64,000 nt of DNA from Octopus vulgaris (taxonomy: Eukaryota). Location: assembly GCA_951406725.2 (NCBI GenBank), contig OX597814.1:186558001-186622000 (forward strand). The letters are read 5' to 3'. This document shows, piece after piece, positions 40,173 through 52,720 of the stretch; positions within the stretch are counted from its first letter, which is position 1; every line of letters starts with the position of its first letter. A program made the translations under genes and the position numbers. Under the pieces are notes generated by a model. It did not search any database, was not told where the DNA came from, and saw only the letters and a list, made by a program, of their open reading frames with translations.

Positions 40173-40607
40173 CAATATATATATATATATATATATATAT
40201 TGAATAATATATTGTATATCCTCGTTATAATGATTAGCAGAAAACCAAACCACCAAGAGGATGGTGTTCATTTAAACAAAGATGTTATGAAAGGAAATTT
40301 AAAGAATTAGATGTTGCTCAATGGAACTAAAAGATTAATGAGCCAACAAAAGAGTTTCTATGTAATCACTCCATCTCAGAGAAAACACAGCCAAATCAAC
40401 TACAAATTATAACCTATCATCTTACAGAAAATAGACACTTTACATGTTGTGCATCATGTAATGGATGAGTGTTCCCTGAATAAAAAATAGACAGATTTTT
40501 ACTTCCTGGAAGGCATGAAACACTCAGTACAATTCCTTCTCAATAGACATTGGCTTTTTTGGAATTCAAACATTGGTTTCTTGTGTCAGATGATAGTGAG
40601 ACAGAAA

Positions 40608-40811
40608 CATTAGCACACCGGGCGAAATGCTTAGCGGTGTTTCGTCTGCCGTTACGTTCTGAGTTCAAATTCCGCCAAGGTCGACTTTACCTTTCATCTT
40701 TTCAGGGTCGATAAATTAAGTACCATACTAGGGTCGATGTAATTGACTTAATTGTCTGTCCTTGTTTGTCCCCTCTATGTTTAGCCCCTTGTGGGCAATA
40801 AAGAAATAAGA
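40608..40811 (+). mobile_element. Meta-domain-like SINE
   Basis: Reverse complement of 12790-13025. Confidence 0.8.
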
Positions 40812-41289
40812 AACAGGTGTCTTGCTGTAGAGAAAGTACAAGGTTACCTGTCCAGAGCGAGAGAGGGGGAGAGAGGAGAGGGAGAGAGAGATCAGGAATG
40901 AAGACATGAAATTTATTTGCCAATATTCCTGACCTGTACAGATTGCATGCTCTCATGAACTGTGAATTGCATGAAATATTCAAATTTATCGCAGATTATG
41001 ACAATTATGAAGATAAGATAAATGGCTTAAAGTCTATCTACATACAACCAGTGAACAAGATTTTTGTGAGCCACTAAACTCATAACTCACCAACAATAGT
41101 CAACCAAATCACTGGATTAATTTTTTTTTTAACCAGCAGTTCCTGGTAGAGGAATACAACTTCAAGTTAGTGTTGGATGAGCTGTTTGCAAAACATTCAA
41201 CAACAGTTGCTTTTGTTTTATAAATAATATGAAGCAGTATAAGTCTCAGAATATTTGAAAGCTCAACATATCACAAGCAGAATATTAGA

Positions 41290-41407
41290 TTAGCTCATCA
41301 AGTAAGAAGCAATTTTAGCAGTTGCTTGGCAGAAGTGTTTTCTTTATTTTTATTTAAAATACTTCTGCAAAGTAACTGCTGAAATAACTTCTTACTTGAT
41401 GAGCTAA
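41290..41407. repeat. ~52-bp-stem hairpin with 14-nt loop
   Basis: TTAGCTCATCAAGTAAGAAG...CTTCTTACTTGATGAGCTAA; six non-Watson-Crick positions. Confidence 0.85.
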
Positions 41408-41589
41408 ATTATTATTTAAATCTAAATTTACTTATTTATCTGTAGAAAGTATAGGCATAATTGCAGAAAATGTCCAGCAAAAGATGCAATATGTAATAAT
41501 TGTGTTAAAAAAGTCATTTTCCTTGAGTAGACAAATCATGTAAAGGATTCACAAGGAATCATTGTAAAATGTTAACTGTCTCCAACATA

Positions 41590-41787
41590 TTCTTTTCTAC
41601 TCTAGGCACAAAGCCAGTCTAGGCACAATGGGAGGGGGCCAGTCAGTGAGATCGCCCCCAGTATGCAAATGGTGCTTAATTAATCGACCCTGAAAGGATG
41701 AAAGGTAAAGTCAACCTAGGCAGAATTTGAACTCAGAATGCAAAGACAGACGAAATACTGCTAAGCATTTTGCCTGGCGTGCTAACA
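41590..41787 (-). mobile_element. Meta-domain-like SINE
   Basis: TCGACCCTGAAAGGATGAAAGG...TTTGAACTC, as in the other copies. Confidence 0.75.
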
Positions 41788-42739
41788 TTTCTACCAGCTC
41801 ATTGCCTTCTGTTTCCAACATATTAACTTCTTCAACTTTAAAACTAACCCTAAGCTTTTCAGATTTATTGGAATATTCTTTGTCTTATGCACTAGCAAAT
41901 ACCGTAATTCACTTATCAATCAATGTAAGCTTTAGTTGACTGTGGAAGTACTAATGACTTCATCAAAACTAATATTGTTATGCAGAACAATTTAGTCATT
42001 AAAATCATTCAGAAGCCACCTTGTGATGATATCAATGCAGTTTGATACCAGAATTACAAGAATATGTCATGAAAAATTCAATATGCTGAAAAGTCATACA
42101 AACAACAATGGGTGTTAATTATACACAAGTAAGATCTGCATAGATATAACACTGGTGTGGAGTCTCATGCTTCAACATTCTTCATTAACATTTAAGTTTA
42201 ATGGTCCTAAAGTCTCATATGTGTTGTCAAATTTTGTTTGCCTGAAAATTTATCTTATTACAGCCTTCACTAGTTTTACTCCATACACAAAAGTTATTGT
42301 GGCACCCTTTTGAAGGCATTTTGTGGATGATTGCAAATTCATAACACAAGAAGTAAACTACCTAGTCAAAGCTTTCTTTGATTAAACTGATTAACTCATT
42401 ATGGAGAGTACTAGCTACAAGTTAGAGAAATGATACCTGATCATTGAATTGTTTACAACAATCAACAAAGTCTCCCTGATGAAATGCTTGACAAATTAAT
42501 ACATACTTTATTGCAGAATTTATTTTTAGCAAGATTATATTATTAACTACCAATGACATTTAAAGAGAATTCTTATACTGTTTTCTTAACCTTGGGTCAA
42601 CTGTATCTGTATACAGGACTTCCACTTAGCCTTATGAAAGCAATGGCATAGCGATATATAACATCAAGGACAACTGGAAGTTCCTATGGGATAACTTAAT
42701 GAGAGCCACTGACCAAATTTTTGGTTAGCGCAAAGTCCC

Positions 42740-43580
42740 CTAAAGTGACATGGTGGTAGAACAGTGTAGTAGACAGGGCCATTAGAGCAAATAAACATTC
42801 CTGGAAAGACTGGAAGAGTAGTGGTAGCAGAAAGCTGCATCAAATAGAAGGGAAACTAAGAGACAAGTATATTTAGCTAGAGAAGCAGAAAGGAACCCAA
42901 TGCAAGTATGAACACATAAGAAGTGCAGCAGTGTCATATGAAGGTTAACAGAGAAAGCAGTCTTTTTGTGTGGCAGATGTTCAGATGCAATAAACACTAA
43001 GAATGTACAGAAAATAGACTTCCTCAAATGTCCCCTGGTATTTGAGGAAGTCTATTTAGAAGTAGAAGATAGGCTCTAGTACATAGGCAACCAAGGACGA
43101 TTCTCTGAGAGCATAGCTGCTAGAATATGAACAGGTTGGGCAAAACTCAGTAAGCTACTACATTTGTTGGTAACTAAGGGCCTCTTCCTCAGAGCGAAAG
43201 GCAGACTATATGATATCTGTGTGCAAAAAGCCATGCTAAAAGTTAGTAAAACATGGGCTGTAACTGTAGAGAACATGTGAAGGTTTGAAAGAAATGAGGT
43301 CAATACGATCCAGTGGATGTGCAATGTACAACAGAGTGTAAGTATTTTAAAAGAGAAATTGGGTGTATGAGGTATCAGATGTGGTGGGCAAGAGAGAAGA
43401 TATGTGATGCATATGAGTGAGGACATTGCTAATCTCTAATTGTGAAGAGACCAGTGGAAAGGATAGACCCAAGAAGATGTGGGACAAAAAGTGAGAGATG
43501 ATGTTCAGAAGATGTGCCTCACAAAATGACTAAGACTTCTGGCAATCTGCTGTGCTTGAGAAAATACATAAAACTAAGTA
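42740..43580 (+). mobile_element. Heavily decayed and deleted RTE LINE
   Basis: WW..SVVDRAIRA linker, THKKCS...FLCGRC PHD remnant, LLHLLVTKG and RPKKMWD. Confidence 0.75.
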
Positions 43581-44129
43581 AAATTGAGGGTGTCCACACA
43601 TACAGGCACTGTTACTACTTTTGAAAATATTAAAATCAATAAGAGAAAGCTTGCCTCTTTGCTACTGATAACTCAACCTTATTTACAACTGGGACCATTG
43701 TGTTAACCAATCCTCCAGCTGTTACATTATTACTGCTTTAAAAAAGCCCACTTTCCAGAGGGGAATTGTTGAGTAAAAAGAAAAAAAACTCCAGCAATTT
43801 TTTAGTGTTTACGTAAATGGCAACACTAACTCCCAGCAAGGCCTTGCCCTCCAATTTATATTTGATAAATCTCATAACTGTAAAAACAAAGAATGAACTT
43901 TTTCTGTATAGTTTTGATATTTTCTATAGATGTACGAAAGAAAATGTGTACACTGAAATCTTGAATTTGTTCTGCTCAATCAAATTACAGATTTCTTCAA
44001 TGTATCAGGTGTAAAAAGATTGATGCATTACATAAAGGGGAAAAATCTCCACTTCTACTAAAAATGCTCATAAAATTTGTTATGCCTACCAAATACACTC
44101 CAAATCAAAATCAAAATTTTACTATCAAC

Positions 44130-44264
44130 ACCAAATCCACTCACAAGGCTTTGGTCGGCCTAAGGCTATAGTAGAAGACACTTGCCCAAAGTGCCAAGCA
44201 GTGGGACTGAACCCGGAACCATGTGGTTCATAAGCAAGCTACTTACCACACAGCCACTCCTACA

Positions 44265-44266
<2 letters not shown>
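44130..44266 (-). mobile_element. CORE-like SINE head fragment
   Basis: Matches 9540-9672. Confidence 0.85.
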
Positions 44267-44344
<78 letters not shown>

Positions 44345-44534
44345 GTGTGTGTGAAAGTGAGACCAGATTAATGGTATTCAACCTAGGTTGTACAAGAACT
44401 TTAACGTTTCTGGTAATTTTAATTAATTTATATTTCAGTACAAGTGTATAAAAATTGTTGATGACAATTTGGTAATAATTAGTTGTAACATATTAATGAT
44501 AGGTGTATACTTGAAAGAAAGAAAAAAGATGTAC

Positions 44535-44601
44535 CTGATATCGATGAACAAGCCAACCAGACAGAAAAAGACAAAGGCACGGATTCACACATGTGAAACA
44601 C
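44535..44601 (-). other. Putative 67-nt 5' UTR exon of the minus-strand gene
   Basis: tttctatcatttatttttgcag|GTGTTT...ATATCAG|gtacat, in unique sequence upstream of the ATG-bearing exon. Confidence 0.5.
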
Positions 44602-44802
44602 CTGCAAAAATAAATGATAGAAATTTGTAACCTAAACATTCATATATATATATGTAAAATACAAATGCACATGCACACATACAGATATACTTCTGTATGT
44701 ATGGGTGTAGTATATATGCATGTGTGTGTGTGTTAAATAAAATGAGACAACAAAATTAAGGCTGTGCGGAATTTATAGGAAATTTATAAAGCAAAAGGTA
44801 GA

Positions 44803-44847
44803 CTTACAGCTGTTTCTGGGATATTAGGGATATCGCTTCATCAGAGA
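44803..44847 (-). ncRNA. Minimal type-I hammerhead ribozyme motif (Penelope/retrozyme type), partly degenerate
   Basis: Minus strand reads tct-CTGATGA-a-gcgatat-cccta-atatccc-a-GAAAC-agct-GTA-ag: full catalytic core, a helix II, and a palindromic short helix III. Confidence 0.65.
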
Positions 44848-45937
44848 CGATATGATAGAATTAACTAGAGGGAAATAGTAGAGTTCAGTATAAGGAGTTA
44901 TTTGGGAAAAGGATGGATATAGGAAGTATAAAGGGAAATAAGAAAATAAAAATAAAAGTAAAAATATATGTAGGATGATACAGTTTCAGTTCCATTATCC
45001 AAGGAAAGAGCTGTGTATAATGGATAGAAATGCTTCTTGTCCATGGTACGTAGATTCCGACCGGAATCTACATACCATATATGTATATATAGACACCACA
45101 CACAAACCCATACATATTATGGCTATAATATATGGCACTGCGAGCTGATTTAGGTGTATTTACACCATTTGTCTACAGCAAGAAATTTTCTCCATGACAA
45201 AATACAGTGAATGGCTTGTTTACAAGACTGAACCTGCTATTGGCATATCCGAACTGGTAAAGGCATTGCATAACATGTTGTATATTGTCTCAAATTGCAA
45301 ATATATTGCAATGGGATCAAAAAGATCTTGGCAAATTAACTGAAAAGCATTACCCCATATAGCAGGTTAACAGGGTACTCGAAAGGAATACATAAACTGG
45401 TCGTATTGTAGTGCATATGAAGTCAAACAGTTGTGCAATGATCTCAGGCAACCTGTAAATCCTTATATGTATCAATGATATAACTGCTACACATTATGTT
45501 GTGTATCATTTACGAAATAAATAAGAATGGATAACTCAAGACATCACTGCACACACTTCAATGGTGTGGTTATTAATGCACAGTACATCATATTACAAAT
45601 TACATCATATTACATATTACATCATTAATGCACAGTACATCATATTACATATTACATCATTTTGCATTATTGCATGTATGTAGTGATGTTCAGCAAAATA
45701 CAACCAATCTATGAAGTCAAGAATATTTATAAACAAATTATAGGACAAGCAAGATTTCAAGGAAATACAGTTTTTCCAAAAGATGGAAGAACTATTAAAT
45801 AGTTCCTCCCCTGTCTGGAAAATCTGTATTTCTTAGAAATCTTGCTTGTGGTTATGAAATATTGTGGAATTACATAACATTATGTAATGTACTGTGCATT
45901 TTTAAATAAAGAACCATGCTATTAAAATGCATATTGT

Positions 45938-46553
45938 TATGTTTTGTGGACTTGGAGAAAGCCTTTGACAGGGTTCCCCGATCCCTTATCTGGTGGTCAA
46001 TGCGGAAACTGGAAATTGATGAATGGCTAATAAGGGCTGTACAGGCTCTATACAGTGAGGCTGTCAGCAAGGTTAGGATTGGCAATGAATATAGTGAAGA
46101 ATTCTAGGTAGAAGTAGGTGTACACCAAGGCTCAGCCCTCAGGCCCCTTTTATTCATCATAGTCCTCCAGGCAATAACAGAGGAATTCAAAACAGGATGC
46201 CCCTGGGAGCTCCTCTATGCTGACGACCTGGCTCTCATGGCAGAATCACTACCAGAACTAGAAAAGAAATTTCAGGTGTGGAAGCAAGGGTTAGAATCAA
46301 AGGGCCTTAGAGTAAATGTAGCAAAGACCAAAGTTATAGTAAGCAGAAAGGCGAACTCAGCACACACACCCTCGGGCAGGTGGCCCTGCTTGATCTGTAG
46401 GAAAGGTCTAGGTAGAAACTCCATAAGATCCACCCAATGTAAGCTATGGACGCATAAGAGGTGCAGCAACATCAAAGGGAAATTAACTGATAAGATAGCT
46501 TTCATGTGCGGCAGATGCACAGGGACAATAGACACCACAGACACTCAGAAAAC
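45938..46553 (+). mobile_element. RTE LINE reverse transcriptase fragment with PHD insert
   Basis: FVDLEKAFDRVPR, GVHQGSAL, LLYADDL (YADD at 46216-46227) and a Cys-rich finger at 46381-46518. One premature stop at 46105-46107. Confidence 0.9.
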
Positions 46554-46653
46554 ATTCTTATTCAAGAATAAACAGCTCAAATATATCTATATCTATATAT
46601 ACACACATATATATATATACACACACATAAAATACACAAATTTCTTACCACAC

Positions 46654-47025
46654 AGGCATAGTTGTGTGGTAAGAATTTTGCTTCCCAGACACATGGTTCC
46701 AGGTTCAGTCCCACTGCATAGAACCTTAAGCAAGTGTCTTCTACTAAAGTCTAAAGTCTCAAGCCAATCAAAGCCTTGTGAGTGGATTTGATAGATGGAA
46801 ACTGAAAGAAGCCTGTCATGTGTGTGCATGTTTGTTCCCCACCACAAGTGACAAATGCTGTTCGTGTGTTTATGCCCAAGTAACTTAGCAGTTTGGCAAA
46901 AAAGATCAATAGAACAAGTAGCAGGCTTTACAAAAGAAATAAGTACATGGGTTGATTTGTCAACTAAAATTCTTCAAGGTGTTGCATCAATATGGCTAGT
47001 CTAATGACCGAAACAAGTAAAAGAT
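46654..47025 (+). mobile_element. CORE-like tRNA SINE (older copy)
   Basis: Homologous to 15918-16275. Confidence 0.8.
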
Positions 47026-48147
47026 TAAAGATATATAAACAATTCAATTATCAAAGAATTTGTTCTTAAAGCAATTGTCTATATATTAAATGAGAATATG
47101 TGAAGGAGTTCTTTTTACTGCTTATTTAATGGAAAAGTAAGAGGGTTTATACTTTTTTGAGACTGAATGAGTGAATTTATGTGTCTTCATGTACAGGACC
47201 AATGTAGAAGACACAAGTTTTCTGATGCCGGATAGGGAATTAAGAAAAATATTTTCAAGTGACAATTTTAATTTAACACCACTACTTCAAAGTGGTAATG
47301 TAAATAATTTTCTGGTAAGGTATTGAATGTACAAACAATATAAAGTATATAACATGTAAAATGGGGAATGGAAAACAACCCTTAGTTGATGCTAGAAAAT
47401 CTATAAAAAAAACAAGCGAGATAACTCTAATGGAATCAGTTCAGTTGATCAAATTTTCTTGGCAATAGAGATAATGTAGGTTGGCATGGGTTTTGCCTCT
47501 AAAGTCAAATGGTGAAAGCAGTCAGCACATTTTGATCCTATTAGGTTTCTTTGCCAAAACAAGATCTATTCAATTAGCAAGACACACACACATATCATCT
47601 TCATCTTTCGTAGCCAATAACTACCAGTCAAGCACTGGAGTTGATGTAATCAAGTAGTCCTCACTCCCAAAATTTCAGGCCTTGTGCCTAAATTATTATT
47701 ATTATTATTATTATTAGGGGTATGTAGTAATACTGATTGTGAATATTAACAGTATGTCTGAGGGAGAATAGCTTGGGGAAGCATTCTGCATGCTAAATAC
47801 AAAGACAGTAAGGTTACATGTGTAATGTGAGTTGAACATTTTCACTCCATTGGGAATATTTATGCAATTTGTAAACAAAAACTCATTGCTAGGTAGTTTA
47901 AAATATAAAATTATGCAAGGAAGATAACTCCAATATGGTCAGCTAGTGACTATGGTAGGAATAAATATTTCATCAGCTCCGATATTATATCCGTATACAG
48001 ACACAAACGAAAATGGGGAGCTCTTACGCAGTCGCTTTACCTGCAAGAAATAACAATCAAATTTCTCTCAAATGGCAATACTGTCTTACAATATCAACCT
48101 ACTGATATTTAAGGCGACAGTGGATAATGTGCTATTAGATATTCCCA

Positions 48148-48222
<75 letters not shown>

Positions 48223-51200
48223 GTAGTCAGGGCAGGAAGGTTCTGATCATATTTATACGACCATTACGGAACTGAGGCTTAAACAACAACATAAACATGT
48301 GTTGTAAAACAACAACACACACGCACACATATTGGTGATTCAACCGAATAAACTACTGTATGTATTGATTATCTTTAGTATAATAATGTGTTGTGAACGC
48401 ACTCGCACGCATAAACACAATCGATAAAACAACATCGTGTAACATCGGTGCGATAGATACTTTGAAAACACTCATCAAGCCAACTTTATATCACAGAACG
48501 TCTCCTTCCATAACCATTAGCTTTTTTTTTTTTTAGCATTTCATGTCAATGTTAAAGATGATGATGGTAAGGATGGAGGCAAATGGGGATAGGGGTAGGT
48601 AAGATCGTAGAAGGAAAAAAATAATAATAATGACTGGCTTTTGTCTAGAATTAGGAATTGGAGATGTAAGAGTGAGTCGTATCAGTATTATAGTAGTAGT
48701 GGAGGGGGGAGGGGCGATGATTGTGACAGAAAATAGAATAAGGTCTTGCTCGCAATGGCAACGTGCTGATCGACGTCGGCTGTAGTAACAGCAGTAGTAG
48801 TAGTCGTCGTAGTAGCAACAGCAGCAGCAGCAGCGGCTATAGTCATTGCTACTGCAGGTGCTTTACAAGCTACTGTTTGTTTTGTTTGTGTTGCCTCCCC
48901 TCCTCCTTGCTACTATAACTACCGAAGCTTACTACTTTTACGGCAAAACAGCAGATTTCGAACAAACTAATGTTGTTCAGCGCAAAGTAATATAAATAAA
49001 CAAATTCTAAGCTGTGAGTAAAGAGAGAAGTCTAACATTTTGAGCGTGCTTCCGACCAAAGATTTAAAAAAAAAAAAATTTTTTCCCCCACAGAGATTAT
49101 AGAAACCTCCACCAACCACCTCAAGAACTCACAAGCATGAGAGAGGGAGAGGGGGAAAAAAAAGGAGGCGGGCGATGGCGAAGCAAAAGATTCACGAACA
49201 GAAAAGGTCTGAAAAATATATTATTGGATGTACGGAAAGGATTTTTACGTAAAGCAGACGGGAAAAAAAACAGTCAAAAAGAATATCGTTGTAAATCAGA
49301 TTAGGAAAATTAAATCAATGGATTGTAATGTATAGATAGAATGTTGTTTAAGTATACAGACAAGTTACTAATGTATCTAATTAGTAATATAAAATACACA
49401 TAACTGGCGACTTATCGATCGAGTACACATTGAAAACTAAAATAGGAGTAGAGATCAAGGTGACGGACTTTGCTACCTGTTTAATGGTATTAACTCAACA
49501 CAGGAGGAAAGCTCCCGTAAATTTAAACATTATATATACAATGCCTACCAACCATTAAACGTAATTAATGCGATCACACACACACATATTTATATTACAC
49601 ACCACAGGCACCAGTCTAATATATGTATTAATGCTATAAGCCTTCGTTTATTTTAAGACAGAGAGACATTATAAATAGAGAATTAATTAGACAAAAGATA
49701 ACCCACAATTCTTTTGACATTTGTCTTTTTCCCATTTGATTACTAATAGAACTACCCCACTTTCGTCATACACACCCTGACATTCTTTTTTAGAGTATTA
49801 TCAGAAGAAAAGAACTAATTAAATTAGAAAATCAAAATGGACGAAAGATAAGCAAGATCCCATCAAAGTATTATAGTATAAACACTACTTTGTAGCCTGA
49901 TTGTGTATAGACTCTCATGTGTATGTATTTTCAGGCGGATGTTGTGTTGCCTCAGTTACAAACGAATACTGTTCCTCCTCCCTTCTTAAATAAATATCAC
50001 TTACATCTTCGTAATTTAGGGCTCATTTTTTTTTTTTATAATTAAAAACATTCCAAATAATATGAAACGTCCACGAGAGTTACTAAGATAGTCAAGTGAA
50101 AAGAGAGGTGTTCGCTGTTTATAATAAATACATATCAAATGTACGTGAATTAGGACGAGTGACAGCGCGCGCGTGTGTGAACTGGATCATATGTATACAA
50201 AAATCTCTATACGATCAGCAAACGAACGTGTACACGCTTGTCTGTGTTAAATATGTGTGTACAAATTTATCAGTGTGTGTCAGCTTTAGAAGGAAATTAT
50301 AAAGGAAAGATGAAATTGCAGTGACCTATATTTAAACGGGAGGATTTTAATAACTACATTATATGACCTTGCAAAAATCTATATTTATACTTGTGCTAAA
50401 ACAACACTATACCGAGTCAATATTCCATTGCACACATTTTTAACAATAAAATCTTAATATAGGTCTCGAAGGGAATAAGATTTTATAATGTTCATGTCTC
50501 TCCTAGGGCCCATATAATGTAGACGGCAGCTAATGGTAGGATCTAAGAATAAGGATTAAATAAATAATCAGTGTCGTTAGAAAGGGTACATAGATTTCGG
50601 TAAGACATACTTGCTACATATGCTGCACAAATGTATGCACCACCTGTATGTTTTCGATCATATGTATATAAATGTATTACCTGTCTAACATACATACATA
50701 TATATATACAGACAGACAGACACACACACATAATTATATACATTAAAACGATAGATAAATAAAATCAGACACGTACAACTCCAACACTCACGATTGCTCT
50801 CGTTCCAAAGATTATACACAAACTGATTAAGTTGATAAGGTGCAGTAGAGCAAAAGGGCAGGTGTTTTGTAGTTCGTTGTGTGTGTATTCAAATATATGG
50901 ACAGTCGATGATCGTAATGTAGTACTGTAGACATGGAAACAGGACCTTTGCATACTTTATAGTATTCTATAAACACACGTATGCAATGACGAAAGAAAGG
51001 AGGAGGTTGTTGCAGTAGTATCCTTTAGTTGCCTACAGTTAGCCTGTTTTCAAAACCCATACGCTAGGAAACACAAACACGATATGTATGTATGTATGTA
51101 TGTGTGTATGTATATGTGTATGTATGTATGTATGTAATGAAGCTGGATCCTATAGTTTAACAAAACGAAGGGTAGAAGAATCTGGGAAACATACATAGAA

Positions 51201-51971
51201 AATTTTAAAAAATTAATAATACTGATACACAAAAGGCGTGGCTGTGTGGCTGGAAGATTAGAAACAAAAAAAAAAAACGACGAAATAATACGACTAAGGA
51301 TAGAGATTTTGTACATACACACCATGTAAAATTTAAAATAAAACAAACAAAAAAATATCAGCACCTCGCACCCACAACAAAGTTGTCTGCAATAGCTTAA
51401 TGTTCCAAAATGAGTTTACCTTTTTTAACACACATGCATAGGATGTGTGTGTGTGCATATATATATATGTATAGAGAGAGAGAAAGAGAGAGTCGATAAT
51501 AAGATCAGGAAAAGTGAAACACAATTTTTGTTTGTTTGCTTTTGTTTTTATCCTCTCTCCAGAAAAGAAAGACTCCTTCACCCTGAGAGCTTGACCATTT
51601 TTCCAACTCCATACAAGTACGACAGAGGGAGGGAGAGAGAGAGAGTGAGAGAGAAAGAAAGAGAGAGAGGCATATAGACGTACAGAGAAAGAAAGAGAAA
51701 TTGAAAGAGAGAGAGAGAGAGAAAGGAGGAAAACGAAGAGCGAGTGAAACAAATAGAGTATGAGAGAGAAAGAGAGAGAGAGAGAGACTGAGAAGGGTGA
51801 AGTGGAGATGGAGTGGCGAGGAAGGGCGATAGGTGGAGTAGGAAACAGATGTGAGGGAAGAAAAGTAGACAAGATGATGGAGACTAGATGGGGGTGGGGG
51901 TTTGAAAGGGGGGGAAATGGAGGAGAAGGAGGAGGAGTCCGGATAAGGGAGTGAGGGAAGAGTAGACTTAC

Positions 51972-52017
51972 TATTGAAGTGGAGCAGCGGAGAAAAACCC
52001 CCAGACATGTCACGTGA
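51972..52017 (-). promoter_or_regulatory. Putative promoter and first exon with E-box (GTCACGTGA) and consensus splice donor
   Basis: E-box at 52009-52017. The minus strand reads ...TTCAATA|GTAAGT at 51972/51971, followed by a long pyrimidine-rich tract. Lies in the CpG-rich domain. Confidence 0.45.
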
Positions 52018-52139
52018 TTAGTGATGGTGTCAGTGTGTCATGGTGCGTACGTGAGCTGCGTATGTAAATATGCATGTTTGTATTAGCGTATGAGTGTATT
52101 ACATATATGTATATGTATTTGCGTGTGCACATATTATAC

Positions 52140-52187
<48 letters not shown>

Positions 52188-52213
52188 GTGTATATATTTA
52201 TAATATATACAGA

Positions 52214-52245
<32 letters not shown>

Positions 52246-52484
52246 CACACAGTTGTGTGTGTGTGTGATTATGTATGTATGTATGTGTGTGTGTGTGTGA
52301 AAACTAACTAGCTTCCAAGGAGCAAAACTCTTGGGAAACAACGTAAAAATTAATAATAACCCGTGTATTGCTACGATTTTCGCAGTTAGATTGCGCTCAA
52401 ACTCACACACACATAAATCACATAACATAATATAATACGTACGAACGAACGTGTATCGCATCTATTAATTCTGGCGTGTGTGGA

Positions 52485-52540
<56 letters not shown>

Positions 52541-52682
52541 AAATACAATTCGAAGTTTCACAATCATAGCCTTTAATCACTTACTCATTCTCTCTGTCTC
52601 TCTTCCTTTCTTCCTCTCTCTCTCTCATTGTACACCTCCGACACACAAGCACGCACGCGCACACACACACAAGCACGCACGC

Positions 52683-52720
<38 letters not shown>

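Noticed and set aside
51333-52013. 226-aa and 167-aa minus-strand ORFs
   Set aside because: They arise from a low-complexity CT-rich tract, probably the start of intron 1.
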